Shown here piece by piece: positions 25,125 through 37,400 of a stretch of 64,000 nucleotides of DNA. The stretch covers positions 19,371,723 to 19,435,722 of the forward strand of contig JASCQW010000137.1 in assembly GCA_030264375.1 (NCBI GenBank). The letters run 5' to 3'. The translations under genes were made by a program, and so were the position numbers. Source of the stretch: Carcharhinus longimanus (lineage: Eukaryota). The notes under the pieces are model-generated. The model had not been told where the DNA came from. It saw only the letters and a program-made list of their open reading frames with translations, and ran no database searches. Numbering within the stretch: the stretch's first letter is position 1; each line of letters starts with the position of its first letter.

Positions 25125-27205
25125 GAATCAAGAATAGGTCAACTGCCTCCTCCCAAATATTCCCTGCCATTCAATCAGATCATGGCTGATCTGATTTTAG
25201 TCTCAAATTCACATTCCTGCCTACCCCTGATAATCTTTCACATCCTTGCTTATCAAGGGGGTATCCTAGGCCCAACCATCTTCAGCTGCTTCATCAATGA
25301 CCTTCCTTCTTTCATAAGGTCGGAAGTGGGAATGTTCACAGATGATTGTATAAAGTTTGGCACCATTCGTGATAACTCTGATACTAAAGCAGTCCATGTC
25401 CAAATTCAGAAAGACCTGGACAATATCTAGGCTTGGGCTGACAAGTGGCTAGTAATACTCATGTCACACAATGCCCATCTCCAACAGACAGGATCTAACC
25501 ATCATCCCTCGACATTCAATTGCATCACCATCACTGAATCTTCCAATACCAAACCCTGGGGTTACCATTGACCAGAAAGAGAATTGGACTAGCCATATGA
25601 ATACTATGGCTACAACAGCAGATCAATGGTTAGGAATCCAGTTGCGATGAAGTCTGTCCACAATCTACAAGGCACAAATTATAGGGGTATTATGGAATTT
25701 TCTCCACTTGCCTGGATGAATTCAGCTCCAACAACATTCAAGAAACTTGACACCATCTGGGACACTTGATTGCTTCTTGTTCCACCGACATTCAATCCCT
25801 CCATCACCGGNNNNNNNNNNNNNNNNNNNNNNNNNNNNNNNNNNNNNNNNNNNNNNNNNNNNNNNNNNNNNNNNNNNNNNNNNNNNNNNNNNNNNNNNNN
25901 NNNNNNNNNNATCACCGGCAAACAATGACAGACATGTGTACCATCTACAATATGCACCACAGAAACTTACCAAGGCTCCTTAGACTTGGACAGCATCTTC
26001 CAAATCCACAACGACTACCACCTAGAAGGACAATGGCACCAGATATCTGGAAACATAGCCATCAGAGGTTCTCTTCCAAGTCACTCACAATCCTGACTTA
26101 GAACTACATCATCGTTCTTCACTGTTGGGTCTGAATCTTGGAATTCCATCCTTAACAGAACCAGTGCCTATGCTTCAGGGACTGCAATGGTTCAAGAAGG
26201 CAGCTCACCACCACATCCTCAAAGGCAAGTCGGGATGGACAATAAATGCTGACCTAATCAATGATGCCCACATCCTTTAGATTATTTTTTTAAAAATAAT
26301 CTATTTGCCTCTGTCTTAAAGATATTCAAGGACTTTGCCTCAACGACCTTTTCAGGAAGAGAATTCCAACATCTCAACCCTCTGAGAGACTTTTTTAGTT
26401 CATCTCTTTCCAAAATATATGACCCTTTATTTTGAAAGAATGACATTGATTTCTAGGTCCTCCCACAAAACAAAACATCCCTTCCACATCCAATCTGTCA
26501 AGTCCCCTCAAAATCTTATATGTTTCAATCAAGTCAACTATTACTGTACTAAACTCCAGCGGAATATGAGCCTTGCACATCCAACAATTCCTCATAAGAC
26601 AACCCACCCAATCCAGGTATTAATCTAGTAAACCTTCTCTGAACTACTAATGCATTTATATCTTTCCTTACATATGGGGACAATTACTGTACACAGTATT
26701 CCAGATGTGGTCACACCAATGCTCTGTATAACGGAAATAATCCCTCTACTTTTGTATTCAATTCCCCTTGCTAAAAAACTGTAACATTCTATTAGCATTA
26801 CTAATTAGTTGCTGCGTCTGCGTACTAACCTATTGTGATTCATGCACTATGACACCCAGATTCCTCTACATCTCAGATTTATGCGCTCTCTTACCATTTA
26901 ATCTACCTCCTTCTATTTGTCCAGCCAAAATTGACAACCTCACATGTTCCCACTTCTTATTCCATTTGCCATATCTTTGTCCGTTCACCTAATCTATCGA
27001 TATTCTTTTGTAGGATATGTCCTCTTGTTTTCCTGCCAATCTTTGTGTCATCAGCACACCATCGGTCCCTTTATCCAAATCATTTATCTAAATTGTAAAG
27101 AGGTGGGACCTCAGCACTGATCCCTGCAGCACACAATTTGTTACATTCTGCCAACCAGAAAATGACCCATTTATGCCAACTCTTTTTCTGTTTGCTAACC
27201 AATTT
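25125..27205 (-). mobile_element. CR1 LINE 3' portion (split: 25125-25256 and 26295-27205)
   Basis: DLIETYKILRGLDRLDVEGMF...HSFKIKG (26395-26607). The 3' UTR signature CCATTCAATCAGATCATGGCTGATCTG is shared with the copies at 35.1 and 57.2 kb. Confidence 0.85.
25254..26290 (+). mobile_element. 5'-truncated CR1/L2-clade LINE (RT core to 3' tail), inserted in another CR1
   Basis: QGGILGPTIFSCFINDLPSFIRSEVGMFTDDC...IQKDLDNI*AWADKW; 3' tail GGGATGGACAATAAATGCTG...GCCCACATCC. Confidence 0.85.
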
Positions 27206-27211
27206 CGTTAA

Positions 27212-27410
27212 CATTCGTGAACAAGATAGGCTTTTACAACAATTGACAGTGGTTTTATGGCCATCAGTAAATTATTAATTCCAGATTTTTTTTATTGAAT
27301 GCAAATTCTACCATCTGCTGTAGCAGGATTTGAACGCGGGTCCCCAGAACATTAATTGAGTTTCTTGAGTAATCGTCTAGTGACAATACCACTAAGCCAT
27401 TGCCTTCTCC
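27212..27410 (-). mobile_element. tRNA-derived SINE, 5' portion
   Basis: Minus-strand head GGCAATGGCTTAGTGGTATT...GTTCAAATCCTGC; homologous to 29913-30274. Confidence 0.7.
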
Positions 27411-27780
27411 TGACTGTTGAATCCTAAACTGGCTATTAATACACTGTCCCCAACACTAAGCACTTAGCAGCCAATCACCTTACTATCAGAAGTACAGTTC
27501 CTATACTATCTTAAACCTTAAGAATAAAATAAATCTTAAACATTTATTGATATTCACCAGCTATTCATTGAACAGCAAGTGATGATATTATTTGCATCTT
27601 GTCTCTCATTTTGAACTCTTCATTGACAAGTTCCGAGCAGCTGACCAATGTGCCTCTCTGACTCCCAAGTAAGTGTATAGGCTTTGAACCGTAGCACCCT
27701 TACAGATCCAACATCTCTCCAACTCCCAGGTAACCTGCAGAGACTTTCCTTGCATACTAAATAATACAGTGGCTTATTAT

Positions 27781-27997
27781 TTTGATTTGATTTATTATTG
27801 TCATATGTATTAACATACAGTGAAAAGTATTGTTTCTTGCATGCTAAACAGACAAAACATACTGTTCATAGAGAAGGAAGTGAGACAGTGCAAAATGTAG
27901 TGTTACAGTCATAGCTAGGGTATAGAGAAGGGTCAACTTAATGCAAGGTAAGTCCATCCAAAAGTCTGACAGGGAAGAAGCTGTTCTTGAATCGGTT
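27781..27997 (-). mobile_element. Non-LTR retrotransposon 3' end (Rex/Babar-like) with (AATCA)n tail
   Basis: + strand TTTGATTTGATTTATTATTGTCA...CAGTGAAAAGTATTG...GGGAAGAAGCTGTTCTTGA. Clade assignment is tentative. Confidence 0.5.
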
Positions 27998-29912
27998 ATA
28001 CAAAGTTATATAATTTAAATTATATAAAATTATATAATTTTGTCAAAGGGTTACAAATGCTTTTTTCACATAGATGTAAATTCACATGGAATGTTGATCA
28101 ATTGTGACAGGTCATTAATTCTGGTATTGTTATCAACCAGTTAACTTCAACCAATGGCTATAGCGTGCATTAGAAGTATAATCATTTGCAAGCATCACCT
28201 CCTTGTAGGAGATTTTGCTTCCACAACAACAGTGTTTTATGTTTCAATATAAATGATATATATATATATTACAGAATGAATGTTAGATTAACCTTAAGCA
28301 CCATGCAGTCCACTGCCATCGCGATACACAGTCTGAAATTCTTAAATCAGCTTTGTTAGTCAATTTAAATACAGCAAAAACATTATGTAATTTAAAGCTG
28401 TTCCCATATAGATGTGTAGCCACTATATAAAGCCATACTGTTATGATTGGGTGAGGAGGGATTGAAAGGCTCCCTCTCTTTGCCCTTTCCTCATTTGACT
28501 GCAATAGGTTTTTTTTGCTTGAAATGGGTATATTTGCCATTTCAGTCAGTTGTCAACTGTTTCTGTGCTGGGAGCATAGATGAACACTCAGGGCAGGTTT
28601 TCATGAGTTTAACAATACAAAAATTAAGGTTTATATACACACGCACTTGAAGTCCACACACAAATACAGATTACAGAGGGGGGAAGGATAGGTTGTTCAA
28701 AAAAAGAGTCCATAGAAGTTGAAGGAATTTGCAATTTGTGGTTTGGTGACTTCAGGCTGAATCCAGTGGTATAGCTTTCACTCAGTGGTCTTCTGCTTTC
28801 AACATTGAGGTGGTTATGAATGATCTATTTGTTCTTCTGCAGCCACCACTGTGGCTCTCTCAGAGTCAAACAATAGCAGACAAGTCTCAAAAGCTGGTAA
28901 ATTGGGTGGACAGAGAGAGGAAGGAAGGGTCTCTCTCAGCTTCTCAGCTGCTTGTCCTTAGTTCAGTTAAGAAAACAAATGCTTCAAACAAGCAAATGAT
29001 TGACGTTTATGTGACCACTTCTCCAACTGACCAATAATTCAAACATAATTGTGTATTTCAATTGTAACTTGATTAGAACAGGCTTGGGGATTTCCTTCCT
29101 TATCCAGGGTCCCATTGCTCAAGTGCTTAGACTTGATGGCTTGTCTATGCCCAATTGACTTTCTGGATGTTGCGCTCATGGGGTAAGAAATATGATTAAT
29201 TCACATTCCTCAATGTTTTTGATGTGTTTTCCCAGACATGCTATCTCCATCTCAATGGGGTTGGAAGGTGCAATGTAGAGTAATCCCAATTAGGTAACTA
29301 TCTTGGCTGTTGATTAAGTAACTTCAGTTTGTGTTTTTTTAAAAAGTCTGTTTTTCATTAAAGAAAAGCCTACCAACTGGATCAATGGGAACAAGCGACA
29401 CCACCCCTTTACAGAGTCTCAGCCCAAGTCCAATCAGAGTGGAACAGACAGTTCTGCAGAGTCTGACATGGAGATTACATCCAGTGAAATCAAAGAAAGA
29501 AGAAAACATGCAGATGGAAGACCAAAGGGAAAACTCAGGCGTCAAGCTGGCTGTGAGGAGGCAAAGCTATGAGAAATATCAGGTTGAGAAAGCAGTCTCA
29601 GAGAAAACCAGCACCACATATAATTTTGCAGGCAGAAATTTCCTTTCACGACAAAAAAATAAAGATAATAATTTTCCAATTATGTTTCCAACTGATGGAT
29701 TAAAATTGTGTTTTGGCATAAAGCACATCTTCATGACAAAACTTTTATATTTTTGATGGATTGTTGTGTTTTAATTAATCTTCCTTAAAGAGTAGATTGA
29801 AAGGTTTGACAACAGATTGAGGGAATTGTTCTTTTTCTCAGTTTAAACTTTGTGTTATACCAATTTTGCAAACCTTTGAATTTAATGTATTTTTGCTTGA
29901 CTATCAGACATC

Positions 29913-30274
29913 TTTTTTATTCATTTATGGGACATGGGTGTCACTGACTGGTCAGCATTTATTGCCCATCCCCAGTTATCCTTGGAGGGCAGTTGAGAGT
30001 TAACTACATTGCTGTGGCTCTGGAGTCACATGTAGGCCAGACCAGGTAAGGACAACATATTTCCTTCCCTAAAGGACATTAGTGGACCAGATAGGTTTTC
30101 CCGACAATCGACAATGATTTCATGATTATCAGTGGATTCTTAATTCTAAATATTTTTTATTGAGTTCAACTTTCACCATCTGCCATGGCAGGATTTGAAC
30201 CCAAGCCCTCAGAACATTTGTTGAGTTTCTGGGTTAATGGTTGAGCAATAATACCACTAAGTTATTGCCTCCCC
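29913..30274 (-). mobile_element. Full-length tRNA-derived SINE with LINE-derived tail
   Basis: Pol III-type head at 30274-30185. The tail (CAGCATTTATTGCCCATCCC on +) is shared with the LINE ends at 26.2 kb and 39.1 kb. Confidence 0.75.
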
Positions 30275-31742
30275 TCCCCATGCAAATTAGCAGATATAAT
30301 CTAGTGTAATATTATGTATGTTACTGGAAGTCAATAATGAGTTACAAAATCAATATATACTCAAATAGTTCTGAAAACATCAGCAAACTTTAACAGAAAT
30401 TTGGGTTGGAATTACTACTTCAACATCACAACTAACTTTGTTAGTAAACACAATTTTATAATTCATATTAAATTTAATGTCAAATGAGAGGTTCAGTTGT
30501 CCCAAGTCCTAATGACAGAACCTGAAGGCAACTGAGATTATGTACAGATACTAAACCAGTACAAAGTTTATCCTACCTCCACCAACATCAGATTACCAGT
30601 AATTAAATAACTAAAGTCATTTTAAAACTTTAACACAGTCTCAGGCTTCAATGACACTGGGAAGTGTACCAATAAAACTTAAATACTGCAATCGTTACAT
30701 AATCAGAGCCTAAAGGTTGTTACTGGCTGTTAATACACTTTAACTCATACAACTTCACATTTAGTTGCAAGTGTGAGTTATCTCATTTGATGTTCTTGGG
30801 CGATTGTACCACCTGGGTTTGTTGTCATGAAAATTCTACTGTTAAAAAAATACATATTCTTTTAAAAGGTGTTGCGATTGCGATTCCTTTCAGCGGTACT
30901 TGTTACCATCTGAGAAAATGATCTGAGAATGAAAGAAAATAAGAGGCAGAATTGTGTGATTGTGTATCAGTTTCATTTGTTGCAATGTGATGACTAGTTT
31001 TTTTAACTATTAATCAAAAGATTCTTCTTAAACTGACAAAGTAAAGGCTTATAATAGTGTCCAAGGAGTGTAACAAATAAGAAAGAATGCAAGATATGTC
31101 AAGCATAATTTTTATTCCACCTGACCCTAGCAGTCACCAAATGTATAGCTCAGTGGGAAACTCTAGGTTTGATCACCAATCTGTGCTGATTTGATAATCT
31201 CAACCATGCCAGCACAACAATTACTGTAAAAAAGTACTCCAGGGTTAGGGAATGAGAAATTAGTCAGAGCTTCTGTTCCAGGTTGTTATCTTGGAATTCC
31301 TGTCCAGGATGCGAGCTTATGAATATTGAATGATGAAGACATAAGGTTTTGTCCCATTCTCAGAAAGATGGCCATCATTTAACGTCAAGATTTACATCTG
31401 AATATTAGTCAGTGGATGAGGTTCTGGAGGGTGACTGGCCTGAAAGGTGACATTGCCCCTCCATTATTCCTGAGCCTTTTCCATGCCCTACGTCTCCTCC
31501 AGCACCTTCCCATCACTAATTAACTATGGACGATGCCACAAAATATCCATTGGTATTATATGATCATATGTTTTCTTGACTTTGCTACAAAAATGAACTT
31601 AATGATCTAATAAGATCTATATATAAAATTGTGATTTCTTAGAATACTCACAGTAACTTCATCACAGTGTGAAAGTAAGCCTACTTGTGACTAATAAATA
31701 ATTTTAACTTTTACTTTGGACTGGTATCATCTGCAATATTCA

Positions 31743-32050
31743 TCATAGAATCCCTAAGTGCAGAAGGAGGACATTTGGCCCATTGTGTCTGCACCAACCA
31801 CAATCCAGGCCCTATCCCCATAACCCCAAGTATTTGTCCTGCTAATCCCCCTGGCACTTAAAGCTGATCATGGCCAATCCACCTAACCTGCATATCTTTG
31901 GAGTGTGGGAGGAAACCGCAGCACTCAGAGGATACCCACACAGACATGGAGGGAGCATAGAACTCCACACAGTCACCTGAAGCCAGAATTGAACCCAGGT
32001 CCCTGGTGCTGTGAGGCAGCAATGCTAACCACTGCACCAGCCTGCCATCC
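31743..32050 (-). mobile_element. HE1-type V-SINE
   Basis: Reverse complement of tRNA head, V-core and CR1-type tail (+ strand CATAGAATCCCTA.GTGCAGAAGGAGG). Confidence 0.85.
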
Positions 32051-32067
32051 TGTAGGGTTCCAGGTCA

Positions 32068-32192
32068 GGTGATGAAGGCCATTGACTTGGAACCTTACCT
32101 CTGTTTTTCTCTCTCTACAGATGCTGTCAGCCCTGTTGTGTATCTGTTTTTATTTCAGATTTCCAGGATCTGCTGTATGTTGCTTTATTTTG
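32068..32192 (+). mobile_element. Decayed Penelope-type terminal-repeat copy
   Basis: GATGAAGG...CTCTGTTTTTCTCTCTCTACAGATGCTG...TTTCAGATTTCCAG; opposite orientation to the 23.6 kb copy. Confidence 0.55.
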
Positions 32193-33712
32193 CTCCTCCT
32201 CGCATACATTTCTTTTTGGTCTTTATCGTTCGTTGACAGTTGAACTTAGCAGGTACCACATGAAAATACTACGCCACGTCATTTTATCAGCCTAATCACT
32301 TCAATTCATTGTGTGAGAATGGAAATAGCTGAACCGCTAAGCTGATGCCACTTCCTTATTAGTTTCTGCTGTTCGCATCTGATGTCATCTGAGCAAGATA
32401 TTCACTCGAGTGAAAAAAAGGCATAAAATGTAATTATTCTGATACAAAAACTCTTTATATCAGCTTCCGCATGAGAAAATCTAACAAATGTTCGAGCAAC
32501 TGAAACATCCAACAAACGTCGAGCATTCAACCCAAGCTACCTGAACATTAATGGTACCATTAATCCCTAACATAAGGCACGTAAGCACGTACCCCTTTTG
32601 AAATATTTTTTAAAATGAGCTATTTTATATTTAGAATTTCCACCTGGGGCTCAGTGTGAAATGCAACTTGAACAGCTTGTTGGCTGTCGGGGCTTCATTG
32701 ACTTCATTGAATCTTGGATTGTGTGGTCGGTGTTATTCAAGGTCCAATTTTCCTATCACGTGCCCCGCCCCGCCCCCTTGTCATTTAATCACACAGAAGT
32801 TAAAAAAAACAAGGGTTTGTTGAAAAGTGAACTGTGTGTGATTTTAGCAAAACACTTACCCGCGCCACATAGTGCAAATAATTAGCAAAGTACCTGTGGC
32901 CCCCAAATGAACAACCGATCAATTTTACACCGGATAGAATGGATAGAATAGCGTCTGGGATTTAATGCTTTGTAGCGTTGAAGTTTTTATTTCTAAAAAA
33001 GATGCGTTCAATTTTTGGACCCCCTTTTCCCCATTTTTCATTACATTTGGTGGGTTTACGAATGTTCATGGTGGTGAGTACTGGTGTCACAGAGTAGGTA
33101 CATCTCATGATTTTCAGACTAATATTTGGACTCAACTTGTACCCTTGCCCCTCGAAGGATCCTTCACTCTTCCGTGTATGTTGCAATATATGCGAGAAGA
33201 ACTGGTTCACATGCAAATTGTGGATAAAAAATATCCTGTAATTGTTTGTTAGCATACATCATGCTTTAACCTTGGTTAGAAAGAACTGATTAATGGTATC
33301 AAGTCTGATGAATAATCCGAACCCATTCTACTTCTGGTGCAGGGTTGAGGATGATCCAAAGGGTTGCTGTTTACATGGAAAAGGAGTTTGGAAACAAATG
33401 GGCGAACGTCAAAGGCTGGAGGCCATTGATATTTAATACGTCAGCCTCTCGTTCCTGTTGAAATTGTTCTCCGGCTCTCCAAATTGGAGACAANNNNNNN
33501 NNNNNNNNNNNNNNNNNNNNNNNNNNNNNNNNNNNNNNNNNNNNNNNNNNNNNNNNNNNNNNNNNNNNNNNNNNNNNNNNNNNNNNNNNNNNNNNNNNNN
33601 NNNNNNNNNNNNNNNNNNNNNNNNNNNNNNNNNNNNNNNNNNNNNNNNNNNNNNNNNNNNNNNNNNNNNNNNNNNNNNNNNNNNNNNNNNNNNNNNNNNN
33701 NNNNNNNNNNNN

Positions 33713-34115
33713 ACCCCTACCCCAAATACACACTCACCAACAGAACTACCCTGCCCCCCCTCCCACATACACAAAACCACCCCTACCCCAAACACACACT
33801 CACCAACAGAACCACCCTGCCCCACACACACTCATACATACAACCACCCTTCCCCAACACACACAAAACCACCCCTGCCCCAAACACACACTCACCAACA
33901 GAATCACCGTGCACCACACACACACACACACACAAAGACTGGCCCCCCCCCCCCTTGTTCCAGACTAATCATACAACCACCCTGCCCCACACACACACAC
34001 TCGCACACACACCCTACCCTGCCTCAAACACACACACTCACATACATACACAACACCCACTCCCTGCCGCAAACACCCCCACACACACAGGATCAGCCTG
34101 CCCCAAACACCCACA
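33713..34115 (+). repeat. C/A-rich low-complexity minisatellite
   Basis: Imperfect repeats of ACCCTACCCCAAACACACACTCACCAACAGAACCACCCTGCCCC interleaved with (CA)n, next to an assembly gap. Confidence 0.85.
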
Positions 34116-35111
34116 ATGTACCAGTGGACTGGGGATACAGCCGGGGTTGTGTGACACTGTGCTATGTGTGGGTGAGGCTGGGGAGCTCTATATCGGGGCG
34201 GGGCGGAATTCTACTTTCCACCGACAGTGGCCCCAGAAAGAGCCCGATATGCTCCCGGCGGTGGTGCCGGAGCCCGGGCTGTGATCTGACGCAAATGGAA
34301 AATGTCTTCAGAGCTTAAAGAGGAATAATGTGCGTCAATGTCTGGTCTCATGCGAGCAGCACGGGCCACACCGAGCATAAGTAAGCCATTATTATAGATG
34401 GGTGCGCCGTCTGATGTTGAGTCAGAACTTGCTGCTGAATTTGAACATTCTGAAATGAACGTTGTAAATGAAATCATGGCAACAATAGCATGTATTGATA
34501 AAAAGAGAGCACATGGGGGTGTAGAATGAGTGAGACACTATTTAAGGATATCAAACGTGAATAATTCCAAAAGAAAGAGAGAGAGAACTGTTGAAACCAA
34601 ATATTCTAGGATGTTGTGGAGTGTAATTTGAAATTCAGAATAGGTATGTTCTCTCTGTCTGCTTTAATTTGGCTAAAGGTTTAATTCGAAACGACAGGGA
34701 GAGGGTTTAAACTCGGCGAGGTGAACGAAATTTGCCTATGTCAGCGAGTGCACGGACCGGGCCAAGTCTGCTTTGACCTATGTGGACATACGGAATGGTG
34801 GGTGTGTAAATTGGGAATTGGTGTTTCAGAGACCCCCCCCCCCCGCCCCGCCCCTCAATGCTAAGCCGCTAACTCTCTGCCGGAGATCAGAGAGATTGGC
34901 ATCTGTACGCGGCTGACTGTTACTATAAATACACCACATTACAGCAACTGCGTCAGTCAATGCTGTGCACGAACAGCCAATAACACATTTCCACGGTCCC
35001 CAAATATATAGNNNNNNNNNNNNNNNNNNNNNNNNNNNNNNNNNNNNNNNNNNNNNNNNNNNNNNNNNNNNNNNNNNNNNNNNNNNNNNNNNNNNNNNNN
35101 NNNNNNNNNNN

Positions 35112-35842
35112 GGCCCCTCCAGCCCGCTCCACCATTTGATAAGATCATGGCTGAACAAGTCTACTCTCCTCCTGACCCCAGTGAATCTTTGACCCCCCAA
35201 GAATCAATCTATGTCAGTCTTTAAAATATTGTCAATGACCCAGCCTCCACTGGGGAAGAGAATTCTGCAGACGGATGATACACTTTCTCCTCAGCCCTGT
35301 CTTAAATGGGAGACCCCTTATATTTAAACAGTGCCTTGTATGGTTCTGCTCTCCCCCAATAAGTGGAAACATCCTCTCAGCACCCATCTTGTTAAGTCCC
35401 TTCTATGTTTCAACAAGGTCAACTCTCAATCTTTTAAACCCCAGTGGGTACAAGCCCAACCTTTAGAATCATAGAATCCTACAGTGCAGAAGGAAACCAT
35501 TTGGCCCATCGAGTCTGCACTGACCGCAATCCCATCCAGGCCCGATCCCCTTAACCGTATCTATTTCCCCTGGTAATCCCCCTGACACCAAGGGACAACT
35601 TAGCATGGTCAATCAGCCATCTTTGGAGTGTTACAGGAAACTGGAGCATCCGAAGGAAATCCACGCAGACACGAGGAGAATGTGCAAACTCCACCCAGAC
35701 AGTGACCCGAGGCTGGAAGCTTGTGCTGTGAGGCAGAACCACTAACCACTTCTGTGCCTTTGCTCGGAATAAAACCCTTCATCCCTGTCGAATGAACCTT
35801 TTCTGAATTGCTTCTAATGCAATTGTATTCTTTCTTAAATTT
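35112..35842 (-). mobile_element. CR1 LINE 3' fragment interrupted by SINEs
   Basis: GATAAGATCATGGCTGA...GGGAAGAGAATTC...CTTAAATGGGAGACCCCTTAT; resumes at about 35760 and again at about 36170-36210. Confidence 0.7.
35464..35758 (-). mobile_element. HE1-type V-SINE
   Basis: + strand TAGAATCATAGAATCCTACAGTGCAGAAGG tail and reverse V-core GGAGAATGTGCAAACTCCAC. Confidence 0.85.
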
Positions 35843-35854
35843 TTAAGTCCTTTC

Positions 35855-36167
35855 AGCAGAGTGGCACAGTGATTAGCATTGCTGCCTCACAGTGCCATGG
35901 GACCCGGGTTCGATCCCTGGCTTGGGTCACTGTCTGTGTGGAGTTTGCACGTTCTCCTGGTGTCCGTGCGGGTCTCGTCCGGGTGCTCCGGTTTCCTCCC
36001 ACAGTCCAAAAATCTGTGGGTTGGCTTGCTTGGCTGTGCTAAATTGCCCCTTAGTGTCAGGAGGATTAGCAAGGTAAGTATGTCGGGCTACGGGGATGGG
36101 GCTGGATAGGATTATGGCCAGTGGGCCGAATGGCATCCTTCTGCACTGTAGGGATTCTATGATTCTA
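35855..36167 (+). mobile_element. HE1-type V-SINE
   Basis: TGGCACAGTGATTAGC...GGGTTCGATCCC head, V-core, tail CTTCTGCACTGTAGGGATTCTATGATTCTA. Confidence 0.9.
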
Positions 36168-37241
36168 AGCGAGGAGAGCAAAACTGTCCTTGAGATGCAG
36201 TCTCACCAAGCAGGACTTCTGATATTCCAACCAAGGGCAAACACGAAAGCCTCACACCTCCCCTGCCGCTGTTGAAATATTGGCAACGGGCACATCACCA
36301 TTGCCATGCCAACCAATTTGATCTACCTCGCCCCTGCATGCCAGCTCGCTCCCAAGTTGTGTGTGTGTGTGTGTGGGAGGAATGGGGTGGGAGGGGGGTG
36401 AGTTGGGGGGGGTGGGTGGGGGGGAAATATCCCAGCCATGGTAACAGGAGGGAGGTTCAGCTGAGGAGCTGGGCTGCTGTAGAATGCGGCTGGATTAAGC
36501 GGCAATGTAATGGCTGCAGATTGCGACACGGGGTGGATGTAGCTTTAGGACAGAGCAGCAAGAATGGATTAGGGAATCACAGACCGGAATAGTATTGATA
36601 AAAGAGTGAGCGGGAGACAAGAAAGGTTACGACTGAGAGAGTGCGAGAGAGATTACTGTGCGAGACACGACAGCTCTCAGACATTGGCCCCTTCTGCTCT
36701 ATTCTTATCAGACGGTTACCGTGGCAACAGCAAAGCTGCGAAAATCCTGTGGAGAATGAAAAGGCAGAAACGACCTGGACACTGGTGGCAGTATTAATAT
36801 AAAAACCAGGAGAGATCTAATGACTGCGGATTTACAGAGACCTGACAGTGAATAAGAGGGCGGTGGGGGGGGGGGGGGTGTTGCCAGAAGAGCAGGAGTA
36901 ATATTTATGGTGTTTAATCGACTAGGAATGTTACGTTTACAAGGGCTGCGCATTTGGTTTTTAAATTATTCATATTCATTTTTAACCGAACTCGCAAACA
37001 ATCTTGTCCACTGTAAAAAAAAATAAAATGCTGGAATTAATAATCAGCCTTCATTTGTGGAGAGAGAAACAGATTTAAAAGTCGGATTTTCCAATGTTGG
37101 TATCAAATGGGGGGTCCCAGGCCCCCACTTGGCACTCCTTCCACCCATGCTCTGAAGTCATAGAATGTCTACAGTACTGCAAAAGGCCATTTGGCCCATC
37201 AAGTCTGTACTGACCACAGTCTCATTCAGGTCCCAACCCCA

Positions 37242-37400
37242 GAAAAGCGACTTATTGCGGATGCTGGAATCTGAAACCAAAAGAGAAAATTCTAGAAAAT
37301 CCCAGCATGGTCTGGCAGCATCAGTAAGGAGAGAAAAGAGCTGACATTTCGAGTCCAGGTGACCCTTTGTCAAAGCTAAAAGGCATAGAAAGTGGGAGAT
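37242..37400 (-). mobile_element. Penelope-type terminal-repeat copy with variant hammerhead core (preceded by a SINE tail at 37158-37234)
   Basis: Minus strand AGCT TTGACAA AGGGTC ACCTG GACTC GAAA TG TC AGCT (37339-37377). Confidence 0.7.

Noticed and set aside
28006-28027. 22-bp perfect palindrome TTATATAATTTAAATTATATAA
   Set aside because: Pure A/T low complexity at a LINE truncation point; no evidence of function.
33458-34318. Long T/H/P-rich ORFs
   Set aside because: Artefacts of an N gap plus a C/A-rich minisatellite.
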